Below, piece after piece: positions 1 to 14,200 of a stretch of 64,000 nt of DNA. Every line of letters starts with the position of its first letter. The first letter of the stretch is position 1. A program made the position numbers and the translations under genes. The notes below the pieces were generated by a model. It made no database searches, was not told the origin of the DNA, and saw only the letters and a list, made by a program, of their open reading frames with translations. This stretch comes from Antedon mediterranea (lineage: Eukaryota > Animalia > Echinodermata): assembly GCF_964355755.1 (NCBI RefSeq), contig NC_092673.1, forward strand, positions 24,921,648 to 24,985,647, read 5' to 3'.

Positions 1-3000
1 GTACCTAGTTCTTTCATTGAGGAAAATCCTCCATGGTTCTTTAACGTACACTGACTTCAAAAGTACGGTAGGTGTTGTTTCCTCATTTTATTTGTTTTAT
101 TCATAGTCACGTCATCGGAAAAGAACAATATATAATTAAAACATCGAACAGAATATAATAAAAATATAGAGATATTCATCTCACAACATTTTGATTGTAA
201 ACAACACAGTTCATCATAAACAATTGTTATATTATTAATTTTTCTGAAAAAAAATTAATGCAAAGAAGCAACTCTAATGACGCAACACTTACTTCCGATA
301 AATTATCGCGTAATTATAATATTTAACGATTTCTCCCATACCAGATGCAATGTTGTAGTGTCCTTTAATAGCACCGCTTTTTGCATTTATTAAGCGGTTT
401 AAAGACGCTTAAGCAAATAAAACGTTGAAAAGAATTAATAAAGGAATTGAAACTGACGCTCATGGCGCTCATGAACAAATACAAGATAGGCCTAACAACA
501 GTTTTGAATGCATGCAAAAATGGTGATTTATCCTCGTAAAAATATTGGTAGCGGCAGAGAAAAACATGATTGGTTTTTTTGTCTTATCGTGTGTCGCTCA
601 ATTCCTACACATCCCTTGTTATTCTTTGGAAGACTGTCACGAACTCGGAGTGGTTGAAAATACTTTAGGAACTCCCTTGTGACATAAAAGTATACACAAA
701 AAATCCACAAAGTTGTGAAATAACTCAAAACAAAGCTTTAATTTCAATCAACTTCAACTTTCAACAATCCAGTAAGCACTTTAAACAACAGCTTCACAAT
801 AACCTTTACAATCTAATATCCAACCTTCTTCAAAATAAATGCTTCAATCAAAAATCCTTCTCCCTCCTTACAAGAATTGTCATACTTCCCCTTATATACA
901 ATATGTTCATAACCTTCTAGATCATTCCTTATACTTCTTATATTCTATTGGATTACAGTTTCTATTAATAGCACTTCTGAAATGTTTCTGATTGTTGTTA
1001 TATTAATTATACATGGTTTTTTAAATCTAAACATACTCTTATCCTAGAATGTTCATTTATATACTATATTACTGTATATGTTAGGAATGGTAATTTATTA
1101 CAACGATACGAACTAAGGGCGCACTGAAGTACTAAAGATGTTTTTTCACGCTGCTGCTCTAGCCCGCTACGTCCCATTAGGACTACTCAATCAGAAGCTA
1201 GAGCAAGCAGCAATTATAGTTCTAAGGACGACAGTTTTGCGAAAATGGAAACTCCACTATAATTTATTGATTCCAGCTGCTACAGTAGACCCAAAAAAAT
1301 GTCATGCTAAAATTACAAATCCCAAAGCATTTCTGGTATATTCACTGTCACATATTCATTGAATTATTATCGAAACAGTCAATTAAAGTTTGTGTTTGTA
1401 ATAGGATACTTCACACTTGAAATGTCTAGGGTGATGAAGTGACCCCAGACTTGACCTTAGTAATAAAATTAACTAAAGTGACAGAAATTGAGTATTCACT
1501 TCTGTAACAACAAAATAATATTTATTCACATATAAAACGAGAAAAGAAACCCCAAAACCATTGTCTGACAGACAATTTAAGTATTTGTTGCTTTAAATTA
1601 CATTTTTCAGGTAAAATAACTATTATGTGAAAATAAAATGATGACATATTCAAAAACATTTGAAATAAAAAATATTTTTCAATAAGCGAGCAGCAGAAAT
1701 ATTTCTTGTTCTATTTTATCCCAGGTCCTGGTCTCCCGCGTAAACTTTATCATGAAGGTAAAAGATATATGTTTGTGATACAGAATCAAAAGAATCATCT
1801 GGATCTAGAATATGCGAAATTGGGTCCGACGACTTGGCAAAAATTTACAAACCAATCACAAATGAAATTAAAATGATGCCATCGGTCAAGATCGTCGCAA
1901 ATTGAATACTCCTTTGACTCTGACGGACTACTCCATGCTTACTTTTAAAGTTATAAAATGAAATATGTATATTAGTCTGTGTATTATATTATTATGTAAA
2001 CAAATATTTAATCTCGGTATAACGTATTAATTTTTTTTTAATCAGAAAAGCTTTGTTAAAACACTGCCGCAGATAAAACAGTTTAAAAATACGTAATGAA
2101 ACGGTTAAAACAATAGAAAAGTACAGTACAATATTTATAAAATATAATCTATATATAAATTATGGTTAATTCTGACATAGGCGAGCACAATGCAAAAACT
2201 TCGGTACAAATCTCCGCCTTGGATACCTACCTTATCTATCTCAGATGTACCGCGAAACGTAGATTTGATAACATTAGTTTTCACATCGACGCTATTGTTC
2301 CATATTTCTATCTTAGGAAGATATTATAAAGAGTTTTTTAATACAATTTATGATTTCAACAGTAGATTTTCAACTCAATTTCAATTCTTCGCGGGTAAAG
2401 TAATTCCGGGTTCACCTTGCAACAACCTGGTTTCAACTATTTTCTCTCTTTTATACACAAGGGAGCAGTTAAAATAATAGATTTAACCCTAAAGGTGGCT
2501 GGAAACAGGCACTTTCCATCAATCAATACAGTGTCCCTTTGGAAGAAGGAAGAAAAAAACCGATAGTAGGACTGGAGCTTAAGTTGCATAGCCATTTCAG
2601 TTTTTTGTTTATTTTAGGAACGGACCGCGCGTGTGTGAAGGTACAGTAGTTAAAAATAAAAATTATACTGCAAATTAATAAAGATCAAATTAAATATACG
2701 CCATAAAGAATCGGAATATATTGTGGGAATAGTATTATAAGATTACATATATATATATATATTATAAGACATTTTGTTTAAAATCGAGTGAAATCCCGAT
2801 AGTTGATTGAGTAAGCTGGCAGGAATAACTGTAGGCTATCTGTGTCCCGTTAGGACCGAGATGTCTGCCCATGTTACAATGTCTTCTTTCTTGGGCCCAC
2901 TCTGTCACGGCAGTTAGTTTCAAAAGATGTTTAAATTAAATAATGTATTAATAATTATTAGGATGGTATTTATTTAAATAAACGCCTCTCCAATAAAACA

Positions 3001-5264
3001 TCACTTTGAATAATAATCATTATACTATTTGTAGTAGAATTCATCGCACTGTTATCTACAATACCAAGCATTTGTTATTCTTTTTTACCATTTTTCATAT
3101 CTATTAGAGGATTTCATTTGATTATAAATGTTACCATATTATTAAAACTAAACAAATTACCATATATTCCTCGAATAAGCACCTCCCTCAAATGAACTCC
3201 GCCTCCCCACCTCCGCCCTACCAAACAATAAACACTATACTTTAAAATGTTATTAATCATCTAAAACACTGTGAAACAGAGTAGTTTAGTTTTACGAATG
3301 TCAAGCATTTTCAATAATGGTAACCAACAGAAAACGTACAAGGAGAACATTTTTATCATTCCGAGAACCATCGTCTACACTTCCTAGAGGGGGAGCGAGC
3401 GAAGCGAGCTCACCCTCTAGGAAAATATAATTCATTCAAACAATATAAAAAAATTATAATACAAAATATTATATTTTATTATGATCCAGATTTTTTTCAC
3501 CATGAGTAGGAAAATTATCTTGAGACATTATAAGTAAATGGATTGAGGAACGAAATACTTTGTTATAACGTTTAATATTATAGGCCTACTGTATTATACT
3601 ATGACTATACACGATAGCTACTTTCATGTTCTCGCTTGTATAGGCCTATTATACAACTAGTAGTACAAATGCATTATAAATATCATGTTTATTTATACTT
3701 TTGACATGTCCATTTTTAGAAATTAGAAGAAGGAAATTGAACAACACTTCATTTCCGTGTAAATAATACATTATTTATTTTAGTACACCATAATAATAAT
3801 TCTATGTTTATAATTAGACATTTACTATACTAAACAAATTTGTTGCTATTAAAAAGCGTGTCACTACACAGTACGCCAAACTACACGGAAGCACTCGTGC
3901 TTTTAACTGCATAGTATTATATAAACACATTTTGAGTTAGTTGATATAATATACCCTTGGGAATCACTATTACGTTTTAACAATCGTGTCTCCACTTGTT
4001 GTAAGTTTTTCACAATCAATCCTTATAATACCAGAGAAACATCTAATTTTGATTAGCGATAATTAAGCGTTGTATATATTGAATGTTTTGATATTCACGA
4101 TGTTGTAACTGTGTAATAGAGGGTAGTTTTAGGCTATGTTACACTAACGAAATTATTTCCGGAATATTCTCATTCGACTTTAAAACCCTTTATAATAATA
4201 AGACACAACAAATAGTATAAAATTAAATAGTGAATGTTTATGAGTGCAATGGTGAAAATAATGTCATGAGGTGAATGAGGAGAGGTTATATTTCCACGAC
4301 AGTAATTGTCGTAAAAAATGTTTTGTAGGCGAAAAAATTTGTTTCGTACGCGAAAAAATCGCTCGTTAAATAGTCAGTACTATTGCACGCCAAAATTTTC
4401 CAAAGAAATGACAGAAATTTATTTATATTTATATATAATAATATTATAATTTATATTTATATAGAATAATTGCTATTATTCCACTTTTCGACTGTTTTGT
4501 GAAGTTTGAGTTACCCTACTTAAATCATTTAAATGTAGGACTACTTCTGTTAAGAAAGATGTATTATTATTATTATCACATATACACAATCAATCAAATA
4601 TTTTTTTTAATGAATACTGTCAGTGTCACCATGCAATCGGTCATATGATAATATTGTAATGTAGGTTTACTGTGTCAAATGTATTCTTCTATTGAGATTA
4701 TAAAGCCATTTTCCATACTTCGCATTATTATGATCAGTTAAAAATATTAATTAATAAGTGGATTATTATATTATAGTGAATGGTATAATGACTTTTCGAA
4801 CATAAAATTTACATGCAAGTTTTATCTGTATACTATAATTTTTATTATTGGCCTATTTATATTTAATTTAAATTAATTTATGCGGAACGAGATGATTAAC
4901 CGGATTTGAATCCGAGCCACAATTATTGACGACTGCGATTGTTATATCTTTTATGTTAGTAATATTGATTATTGTACCAATTTTTAGTGATGATGATATT
5001 CTGAAATTGTCCCTCTGAAAAAAATATTTTGAATTGATTAAAACTGCAATTTTTCTTCATTTTCCAATTTTGTTGGCGGACGATACATCTTCAAACAAGT
5101 ATAGACATTAAATAATAATTTTTGTTTTTAATTAGAACATATTATTATGTTGTAACAATAAACTGTATTTTTCTAAAAAGAAGGGTCGAGGGAGAGATTG
5201 CACAATTCGAGGAGTAAGAGTAAATAATAAAAAATAAACACAACAAACATACAATCAATGCAAT

Positions 5265-8200
5265 ATGGCGACTTTTAAAAATAGCGACAGCACGGGCCTG
5301 TGGCTTCATAATAAGTTAGGAGACGAAGATTTGTGGTCAGGTATTAGTGGAATTTGTTCACATTTAGCTAGTAAAGAAGTTATTCAAAACGTGCAGGCAT
5401 GTTTCACAACGTTAACCCCAATAGTGAAGCTGAAATTACTAATGGCGTTTCTACACATACCAAGGAGAGCGGTACTGGAGGTAGGCCTAAAGTAGTTCAC
5501 TCGCAGGTCCGAACCGTTTAGGTGACATTTTCTATTTGCGAAAGACGATTCGTACCAAGTATAAATCTGGTCTTGTATGATATTTGCACTGAATAGATGA
5601 TGTTACCTTTCCGTTATTATAGGTTTATGATAGGCCTATGATATATAGTAGGCTAGCTAGTTAGGCGTAGCATACAAATAAGGTTATATTTTATATATAT
5701 AAATATTTAAATATTTAATAATATGAAATCCTCTGTCTGGGTGGGCGGCTTAGTTTAGGTCCTAAGTAAGGGGTGTCACGAAACCTCAGACCACGAAAGC
5801 TCAGACCCCCTAAGACCTAAGATCACGAAAGCTAAGACCCAACACCTAAGATTACAAATACTAAGATATACTACAGCTTAAAAACAATACTTGTTTATCC
5901 ATACATAATTTTAAACACAGTAGGTTTCATTTATTACCATAAATATAATTTAATACTACCGCAAAACATAGATAAACTCACATTATTTTCGCCCGTTGAG
6001 TAAATGTATATTTTTTCTTTACAACAAACAAATTTGACGGGTTGTTTGTTGGTATATATTTACTCCATTGTGTTGGTTCAGAGGATGTTTTTCTTACGCA
6101 CCTGCCTTTCTTGTATTTTGACTCCAAATTTGTTGAGTAACTTTATCCTGAACACCACACTTTAAAATTAGGACTTATAAGTACTTTCAGAAGGAGAAAC
6201 ACATAATAACAAATAAATAAATCCTTTAAATTGATGATTTTACAGATGTGTTTCTTGTATACTGTAATGTAACTCCTCGAGCTCCCATGCTCAATGTTTT
6301 TGTTTCTATGGAGCGCCCACAGCTGTTTCAACCAATGTAAAATAAATAGAAAAAGTCAAGCGCCCTCAATATTGTCAGACGGCGATATGTGCCTGAGCGT
6401 GACGCCGCGCGAGTGGTTGAATCCCGTTCAACTTTCGCGACATTTGCAACTTTTATAACTACACTTTAAATTATTTTAATCAATTTCGTCATAAATATTA
6501 TAAAACCATTTTTATACTATTTGTTAGAAAATAAGTTTTTTAATTACCGATTTTTTGGAAATAATAAGTAATTAAGCATAACACCAAGTTTACGAAATTA
6601 TTTACACCCGGAAGTTTTAAAAATTAACATCGATCGGCCTAGCAAATGTAAACAATAGAAAGTTTGAAAAAATGCTTGTCAAATTGTACACTTTTTGTTT
6701 TTATTCGTAATTTTCATAAATACTTGGAAAATCTAGGTAAAAGTTTGATTATATATGCTTACATGAGACATTGAATTGTTAGGAGGTGACGGTGAAAATC
6801 TCAAGAAATTTTCATTGAAAAACTCGACTGTTTTGTTAAATGCGAAACAGCGTATTTGGCGAGAGGTCGATGAACGCGTCTGATAACCGCTCGCTAGGCT
6901 GTACGCAACTAGGCCTAGGTTGTAGCTAGGCCTAGTTGGTACGTATAAGCATGGATTAAAGAATAGAAGGATATGCATCGACGTGAGATCAAGGGTTCCT
7001 TGACTCTCGCCGACAGACTGCGGACCGCCCACAATGTTACAGTTTAATTAACCGCATGGTAACAACGAAACGGTCGCGTGCCTAATATATTGTTTACTGC
7101 ACATGTGCAACGACATTTAACCTTGTTGGCTACGCTTCTTTCGCGCGTTCTTTGGTTGCATGATGTTTGTAGATGGTCAACTATTGACTATGTTGGTTTC
7201 TGCCGCGATTGATCTACGCTAATGATTTTTTTATGATGATTAAAGTAGCATTTTATGACCTGTAGTAGCCCTACATCTGAGACAATAACTATTAGTTGTC
7301 TCATTTGTTGTAAAATTACAAGAATGCTAGCCTAGCTAGGCCTTGTACTAACTAGGCTAAACTGGGCTAGTAAACCCTATATGATTTGCCGACATTGATA
7401 CTGCCTAGGTAGGCCTAGGCTAATCTTAAATACTCACCGTTGTCTTACTTCTTGTGTGAATAATAATAGGTAGGCCTACTTCGTTTGTTCGTGATCAAGT
7501 TTGCCCTGCGTGTACTTTTCAAAACGACCGCTAGGTAACGAATCGCAACTATACATAGCCAGCCAATCCCGGATCAGGGATCGCTGTTTTCATTCAATTA
7601 GGCCCGGTGATGTGGATGACATAACCACTAGCCAATCACCAGGCACTACAGTTTAAATATAATCACATCGATAATTAAGGAGATTTATGAAGAAACCACT
7701 GCTTAGCCATATATTAAAAAACACGATTGGTGTATGTCTGAACACCGGCCACGCTAACAACATACATGGTCAAATGCATAATTTAATATTCTATAGATTA
7801 ACGCAATTTTTAATGACAGAAGATGGCAGGCAAATAATGATAATTCAAATATAAAAATTGCATATTTTATTAATATTACCAACTACTTAAAATTACCAGT
7901 CGTAAGAAAGTGAACTTTTCGTAGTCCGATTGTGATGAAACTAAAACAGAATTATTCAGCAATATATGTTTGTTATCAATTAATCATCGACGCAGACATG
8001 TCAATAGAACATTCAGACTGCGCATACGATTTCTACATGGTTACGTTTTGGTCTCAAAAAATGTAACAGTTGATTCGCAGCGTTTTACAGAGGGCCGCGG
8101 TTAGAGACACGGAGTTCAATGAACGTGTTTGTTTGATTGGCAGCAGTGCTTTAGTATAGGCAAGCGCGTTGTAAAATCGTTTGATGTCACCGTCGATGCA

Positions 8201-11200
8201 TATCCTTCTATTCTTTAATCCATGGTATAAGTAGTGTAATCATGATATACATCATTTTAATTTACAATAGATTAAATAATAAGCTTAATTATTATCATTG
8301 TATTTATTTCAACTGAATATAATTCATCATAAATGTAAAAATTTAGTAAAACTACTAACTACCAGGCCTAGGCTAGGCCCTTAAAATTAAAGCCTATACA
8401 AAAATACTCAAACTACTGTATGATAAATATAATATAAAATTAAAGGTTGGTAAAATTAACATTTCTTTTCATTTTTGTAGGCAACACAGTTTCACGAAAA
8501 GGCTTTACGTTGTACTTGCTTTTGTTGTGGAACAAAATTTAAAGAAAAAGATAAAAAATACAATTTTTAAAATATGAAAAGCCGTCACAAATTTGCACTA
8601 AATCTAACAAATGTAAAATCACAACCTATATACATTTTTACAACCTGCCATTCACGAATTTGCAATGGATACTGTATACTACCACGCTAACATTTAAATT
8701 AACAGGGCATGGAACAAATTGCTTGGCATGCTACACCAACAACTTACAACAACTATGACTTGGGCAAAAACTACATTCACAAGTGAAAGAACACACTGGC
8801 GTTTAAGGGAACAGTTTTTTTTATTTGGTACAGCTGCTCCATAATCTGCTTTTCTTCCTTATATCTTCACTCTTTTTGAAAGTTTATACTAACAAATTTA
8901 TTTAAATGAACATACCTCATAATCAAATAACTGTTTTCTCATCCTAATTTATATACATAGTTTAAAAACTGCCAATTTTCAATTAAGATTACATCATACA
9001 TTGTACATTTCTATTCAACAAAATTGTCAGAACTTTCTATTATTTAAATGTCTAAGATAGTCAGGTCTCGGGTCCATTCTACAGTCACCACAGATTGACT
9101 TTTTCATCACAAAATTTCTGAAATTATAAAATGTATTAATGTGTAAATTAAGTATTTTTTTAATTACATAAAAAATATGATATTTTTAGCAGAATACAGG
9201 CATATTGCACCAGGTGTAATACAGCCTAAGCTACATATGCTTGAGCACCATGCTATTGCATTCATGAGAGAATGGAAGGTGGTCTCTGAACAAGGCGGGG
9301 AGCTAATACATGCCAAACTCAACCGTCACAAAACAGCAGTGTGGATTAGAGTCAAACTTAGACTCATCTGACTTTCACATCTCCAATGATACAAAATGAA
9401 ATAATAAAACCTAACAAATGCAAGAAAGCCAACAAAGAATGATTCATTAACATTAATGATCATAAAATATTGTACATTTTTAAATGTTAAAGGAATATTG
9501 CATTGTATTGATTTCCTATTAACAATGCCTAATGATAATGAACATGTAAAAGTAATACTATAGTATGTCTATATTTCAATTACTAACTAATTACTATTGA
9601 TTGATAGTACTACTGCTGTACTGTACATGTGTTAGTGATTGATTGTTAAAGTTACAAATTCATAGCATGGTAAACACAATTTAAAATTTACTAGTTCTTG
9701 AACAGTAAAATAAACTTACCTATATAGATGGTAGGTATAGGTATTGGTCCAAATCTGTTTAAAATGTTTTAGCCATTTTGGGTTGCCGCTATACTATATT
9801 ATTATGTACCTAAAAAATATTAATAGTAATAGTATAACATTATAATAAGAATTAATTAAAATTAACTTATTATATTTACTATGGTTGCATACACACTAAT
9901 TTGAATATGCAGTGATGAGCAAAAACAAATGTTAAAATTCATTATTTTATAATAATTGTAATTATTACATACAGGGTAGGCATATATGCCTTATGTCATT
10001 GCATAGGGTATATATAACCAGGTATCCTCATAATAAACATTATTTGTAATAAATACTGTAAATATATTAAAAATAAAAATTAATAATAGCCTCTAGGCCT
10101 AATTAGGTAGCCTACTAATACCTAGCCTATTGCTCTAGGCTAGGCTAAATAAGCTGGAAAGCTGCTTCTCTTAGGCTGCTAGTGCAAGAGAGCACAGGTC
10201 TAGCTAGTATATTAAAATAAAAATAGGGCCTAGCCTAGCATAGCCCAGCCAGTGGTAGTGATTGGTTGTTAATATTGAAAATTAATAGCATGGTAAACAC
10301 AATTTAAAATTTACTAGTTCTTGAACAGTAAAATAAACTTACCTATAATATAGATGGTAGGTATAGGTATTGGTCCAAATCTGTTTAAAATGATTTTTCC
10401 ACTTCGGGTTGCCGCTATGTACCTAAAAAATAGTAAAACATTACTATAAGAATTAATTAAAATTAGCTTATTAAATTTAATATGGTTGCATACATACTAA
10501 TTTGAATATGCAGTGATGAGCAAAAACGAATGTTAAAATTCATTATTTATAATAATTGTAATTATTACATACAGGGTAGGCATATATGCCTTATGTCATT
10601 GCATAGGGTATATATAACCAGGTATTCTCATAATAAACATTATTTAAATAAAATACTGTAAATATATTAAAACTAAAATTAATAATAATTAAATAATAAT
10701 ATATAGGCGTAGAGCCTAGACCTAATTAGGTAGTCTACTTATACCTAGCCTATTGCTCTAGGCTAGGCTAAATAAGCTGGAAAGCTGCTTCTATGTAGGC
10801 TGCTAGTGTTAGAGAGCACAGGTCTAGCTAGTATATTAAAATAAAAATAGGGCCTATAATATAGGCCTAGCCTACCCAGCCACTGGTAGTGATTGATTGT
10901 TAATATTGAAAATTAATAGCATGGTAAACACAATTTAAAATTTACTAGTTCTTGAGCAGTAAAATAAACTTACCTACTGTATATAGATGGTAGGCTGCTA
11001 GGTATTGGTCCAAATCTGTTTAAAATGTTTTTGCCACTTCGGGTTGCCGCTATGTACCTACAAAATAGTAAAACATTATTATAAGAATTACTTAAAATTA
11101 GCTTATTAAATTTAATATGGTTGCATACATACTAATTTGAATATGCAGTGATGAGCAAAAACGAATGTTAAAATTCATTATTTATAATAATTGTAATTAT

Positions 11201-14200
11201 TACATACAGGGAAGGCATATATGCCTTATGTCATTGCATAGGGTATATATAACCAGGTATTCTCATAACAAACATTATTTAAATAAATACTGTAAATATA
11301 TTAAATTAAAATTAATAATAATTAAATAATAATATATAGGCGTAGAGCCTAGACCTAATTAGGTAGTCTACTTATACCTAGCCTAATTGCTCTAGGCTAG
11401 GCTAAATAAGCTGGAAAGCTGCTTCTCTGTAGGCTGCTGCTAGTGATAGAGAGCACAGGTCTAGCTAGTATATTAACATAAAAATAGGGCCTATAATATA
11501 GGCCTAGCCTACCCAGCCAGAGGTAGTGATTGATTGTTAATATTGAAAATTAATAGCATGGTAAACACAATTTAATATTTGCTACTTCTTGAACAGCAAA
11601 ATAATCTTACCTATATAGATGGTAGGTATGGTCCAAATCTGCTTAGCCACTTCAGGTTACTGCTCTATATATGTAGGCTACCTACAATAGTATAACATTA
11701 ATAATTATTATAACAATTTTATAAAATTAACTTAACTTATTAAATTTAATATGATTGCATACTAATTTGAATATGCAGTGATGAGCAAAACCGAATGTTA
11801 ATATGATGCTTGTCATTATTTATATTGTAATTATACTATTCCCTAGGGCCTATGTCATTGCATACATCATACATGGTATATATAATCCTCATAATATTAA
11901 ATTTACAGTTTTTGTAATGAATACTGTAAATTTATTAAAACTAAAATTAATTATACTGATTAAATAATATTAAAAATATATAGGCCTAGGCCTAGGCGTA
12001 GATCCTGGGCCTAATTTTAATTAGGTAGCCTACTAATACCTATTAGGCTAGTAGTAGGCTAGCCTACTCAAGGCCAGGCTAACTAAGCCGGAAATCTGCT
12101 TCTCTGTAGTAGGCTGCTAGAGAGCACAGGTCTAGCTAGGGCCTAGGCCTAGTATTAAAATAAAAATAGGGCCTATAATATTGGTATATGCCTACCCTAC
12201 CCAGCCAGGCCTAAATAATTAATATAATGTAACATTTCCAAACTCATTTGGGTCAGCTGTCACATGAAAGGCAGTGTAGCAACTAGAGTAGACACAAGCC
12301 TAAGCCTAAAAATGACACAATTTGAAACGGCCATAGCTCAAAAATTCAACCATCACCTCTCGACCATTACTATGTTATAACATTCACAGATAACTAAATT
12401 ATCATGCAGTACCAAAGAATTAGAGTGAAAATTACATTTTTTAAAGATACGGACAAACAAACATGTACCAAATTTGGAAATGTCACTCACGTGCGTAAAT
12501 TGGTATATGCTTGTATTTTATGGTCCACCCTTCCATTAATTTTCAGCGTTATATTCCTTGTAAAAAACAAAACGACAACGTGCTTGTTTCATCCAGGGAC
12601 TCTTTAATGAATATTCATATTTTTAGCGACCCTTTATTTTTTTATCTCATTCTCATTGGCTGTTTAAAACATGTCTTTAAATGACGTTTGACTCCACTTT
12701 GCACACGTGGATTTGTAAGTAATTGTTTATGTATTGTTACTCCAGCGATACGACTTGTAACGTTGAGGGCGCATGACTTAATTCGTATGTTTGAAACAGC
12801 TGTGCGCCAAAAGAGCAACAATAATAGTACAAGTATAAAAACAGAAAGAAAACGAAACAAAAAAACTTATCATGATTTTTTAATTAAAATTTATTTGCCA
12901 GTATTTATTTCTTCGTACTTGCATGATTATACTATTATCATTACAATTTTAATTTTACATTGTTCCATCCACACTGTAGATGGACTCCACAGAGATTTTT
13001 GCTCTTTTGACGTTCCATAGAAACAAAAACATTGAACATGGCCCATGGGGTGGGTAGGCCTACTGTACTGTAGGCTAGTCATTTTGTGTGCGAGAAAAAC
13101 GTCTGTAAAATCATCAATTTAAAAATGTATTTGTTACTTTTTATGTGATTCTTTTTCATGAAAGTGCCAATTCTAAGGTGTGGTATTCAGAATAAATGTT
13201 AGGAGTTAAAATACAAGGCAGGTGCGAAAGATAAATATTTGTAATCTTAGGTGTTGGGTCTTAGCTTTCGTGATCTTAGGTCTTAGGGGGTCTGAGCTTT
13301 CGTGGTCTGAGGTTTCGTAACACCCCCTAAGTAAGTTCAAAATTTCAAATTGTTAAAAAAAGATCTTGCACAATTTTACAGTTTGCTGCACAATTTCATA
13401 TACCAGTATATAAAGTAGGAAATTAAAGTTGTTGCGCAATTTGATCATGAAAGAAGCTCAAAAAGAACATTCATTAATTTAATAATGATAAATAAATATA
13501 AAATTTTAAAAATAAATTTAAAAGCATACTGATCAATGTACTAAAAAAAGATTGTCCTCTACTCTCTAGCTAGGCCCTACACAGTACCTATGGTGGGCCA
13601 ATACAAGATGTAATTTTTAACCATATATATGTACATTCTGTACATTAATTATGCAATAGTAATACCAAAATGGCATATCGTATTTATAATTGTGTGACAT
13701 GATTTTGTTTTTCATACAGCACAAGGAAGATTTAGAGGATATTCTGCGACTTGCTTTACACGATAGTGACCAATGGGTATGCATGATAGCTGATCTCTTA
13801 AGGACATTCCCTCAGAATGGACAAATTAATTTAAAAGTGGAAGAAGAGCACCCAGCGTTGGCTGAAGCACTACAAGAGCTAAGGGTCAAGTGTAAGTTAG
13901 TGTTGCTAATGGTATTGCTATTGTAATGAGAGTTGCATTAAGTATGGCTATTTTAGTGAGTGTTGCATTAAGTATGGCTATTGTAATGAGTGTTGCATTA
14001 AGTATGGCTATTGTAGTGAATGTTACATTAAGTATGGCTACTGTAGTGAGTGTTGCATTAAGTATGGCTATTTTAGTGAGTGTTGCATTAAGTATGGCTA
14101 TTGTAATGAGTGTTGCATTAATTATGGCTATTGTAATGAGTGTTGCATTAAGTATGGCTATTGTTTGTAGTGAATGTTACATTAAGTATGGCTACTTTAG

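Larger units (their letters stand above)
6318..12804 (+). mobile_element. Chapaev/Transib/RAG1-related DNA transposon, internally deleted and decayed
   Basis: Perfect 14-bp TIR CACAGCTGTTTCAA (6318-6331; 12791-12804) with 4-bp TSD CGCC (6314-6317; 12805-12808). Transposase relics lie at ~8481-8735 and ~9192-9330. Confidence 0.88.
5771..13325. mobile_element. Outer non-autonomous DNA transposon (MULE/foldback-like) with 90-bp TIRs, carrying nested elements
   Basis: 5771-5860 (GGGTGTCACGAAACCTCAGACC...) is the reverse complement of 13236-13325 with one mismatch. It is flanked by direct repeat CCTAAGTAAG (5761-5770; 13326-13335), or an 8-bp TSD if the ends are GGGG/CCCC. Diverged inverted similarity continues inward (~6090-6313 vs ~13000-13230). 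Superfamily is inferred. Confidence 0.9.

Noticed and set aside
678-1102. Possible solo LTR (TG...CA, reverse-strand TATA and polyA-like signals)
   Set aside because: There is no matching TSD, PBS/PPT or second copy in the window.
6318-12804. Bona fide ProtoRAG or Transib element
   Set aside because: The TSD is 4 bp rather than 5, no RAG2-like kelch/PHD sequence is recognisable, and KLHMLE..H/EQGGE is more Chapaev-like.
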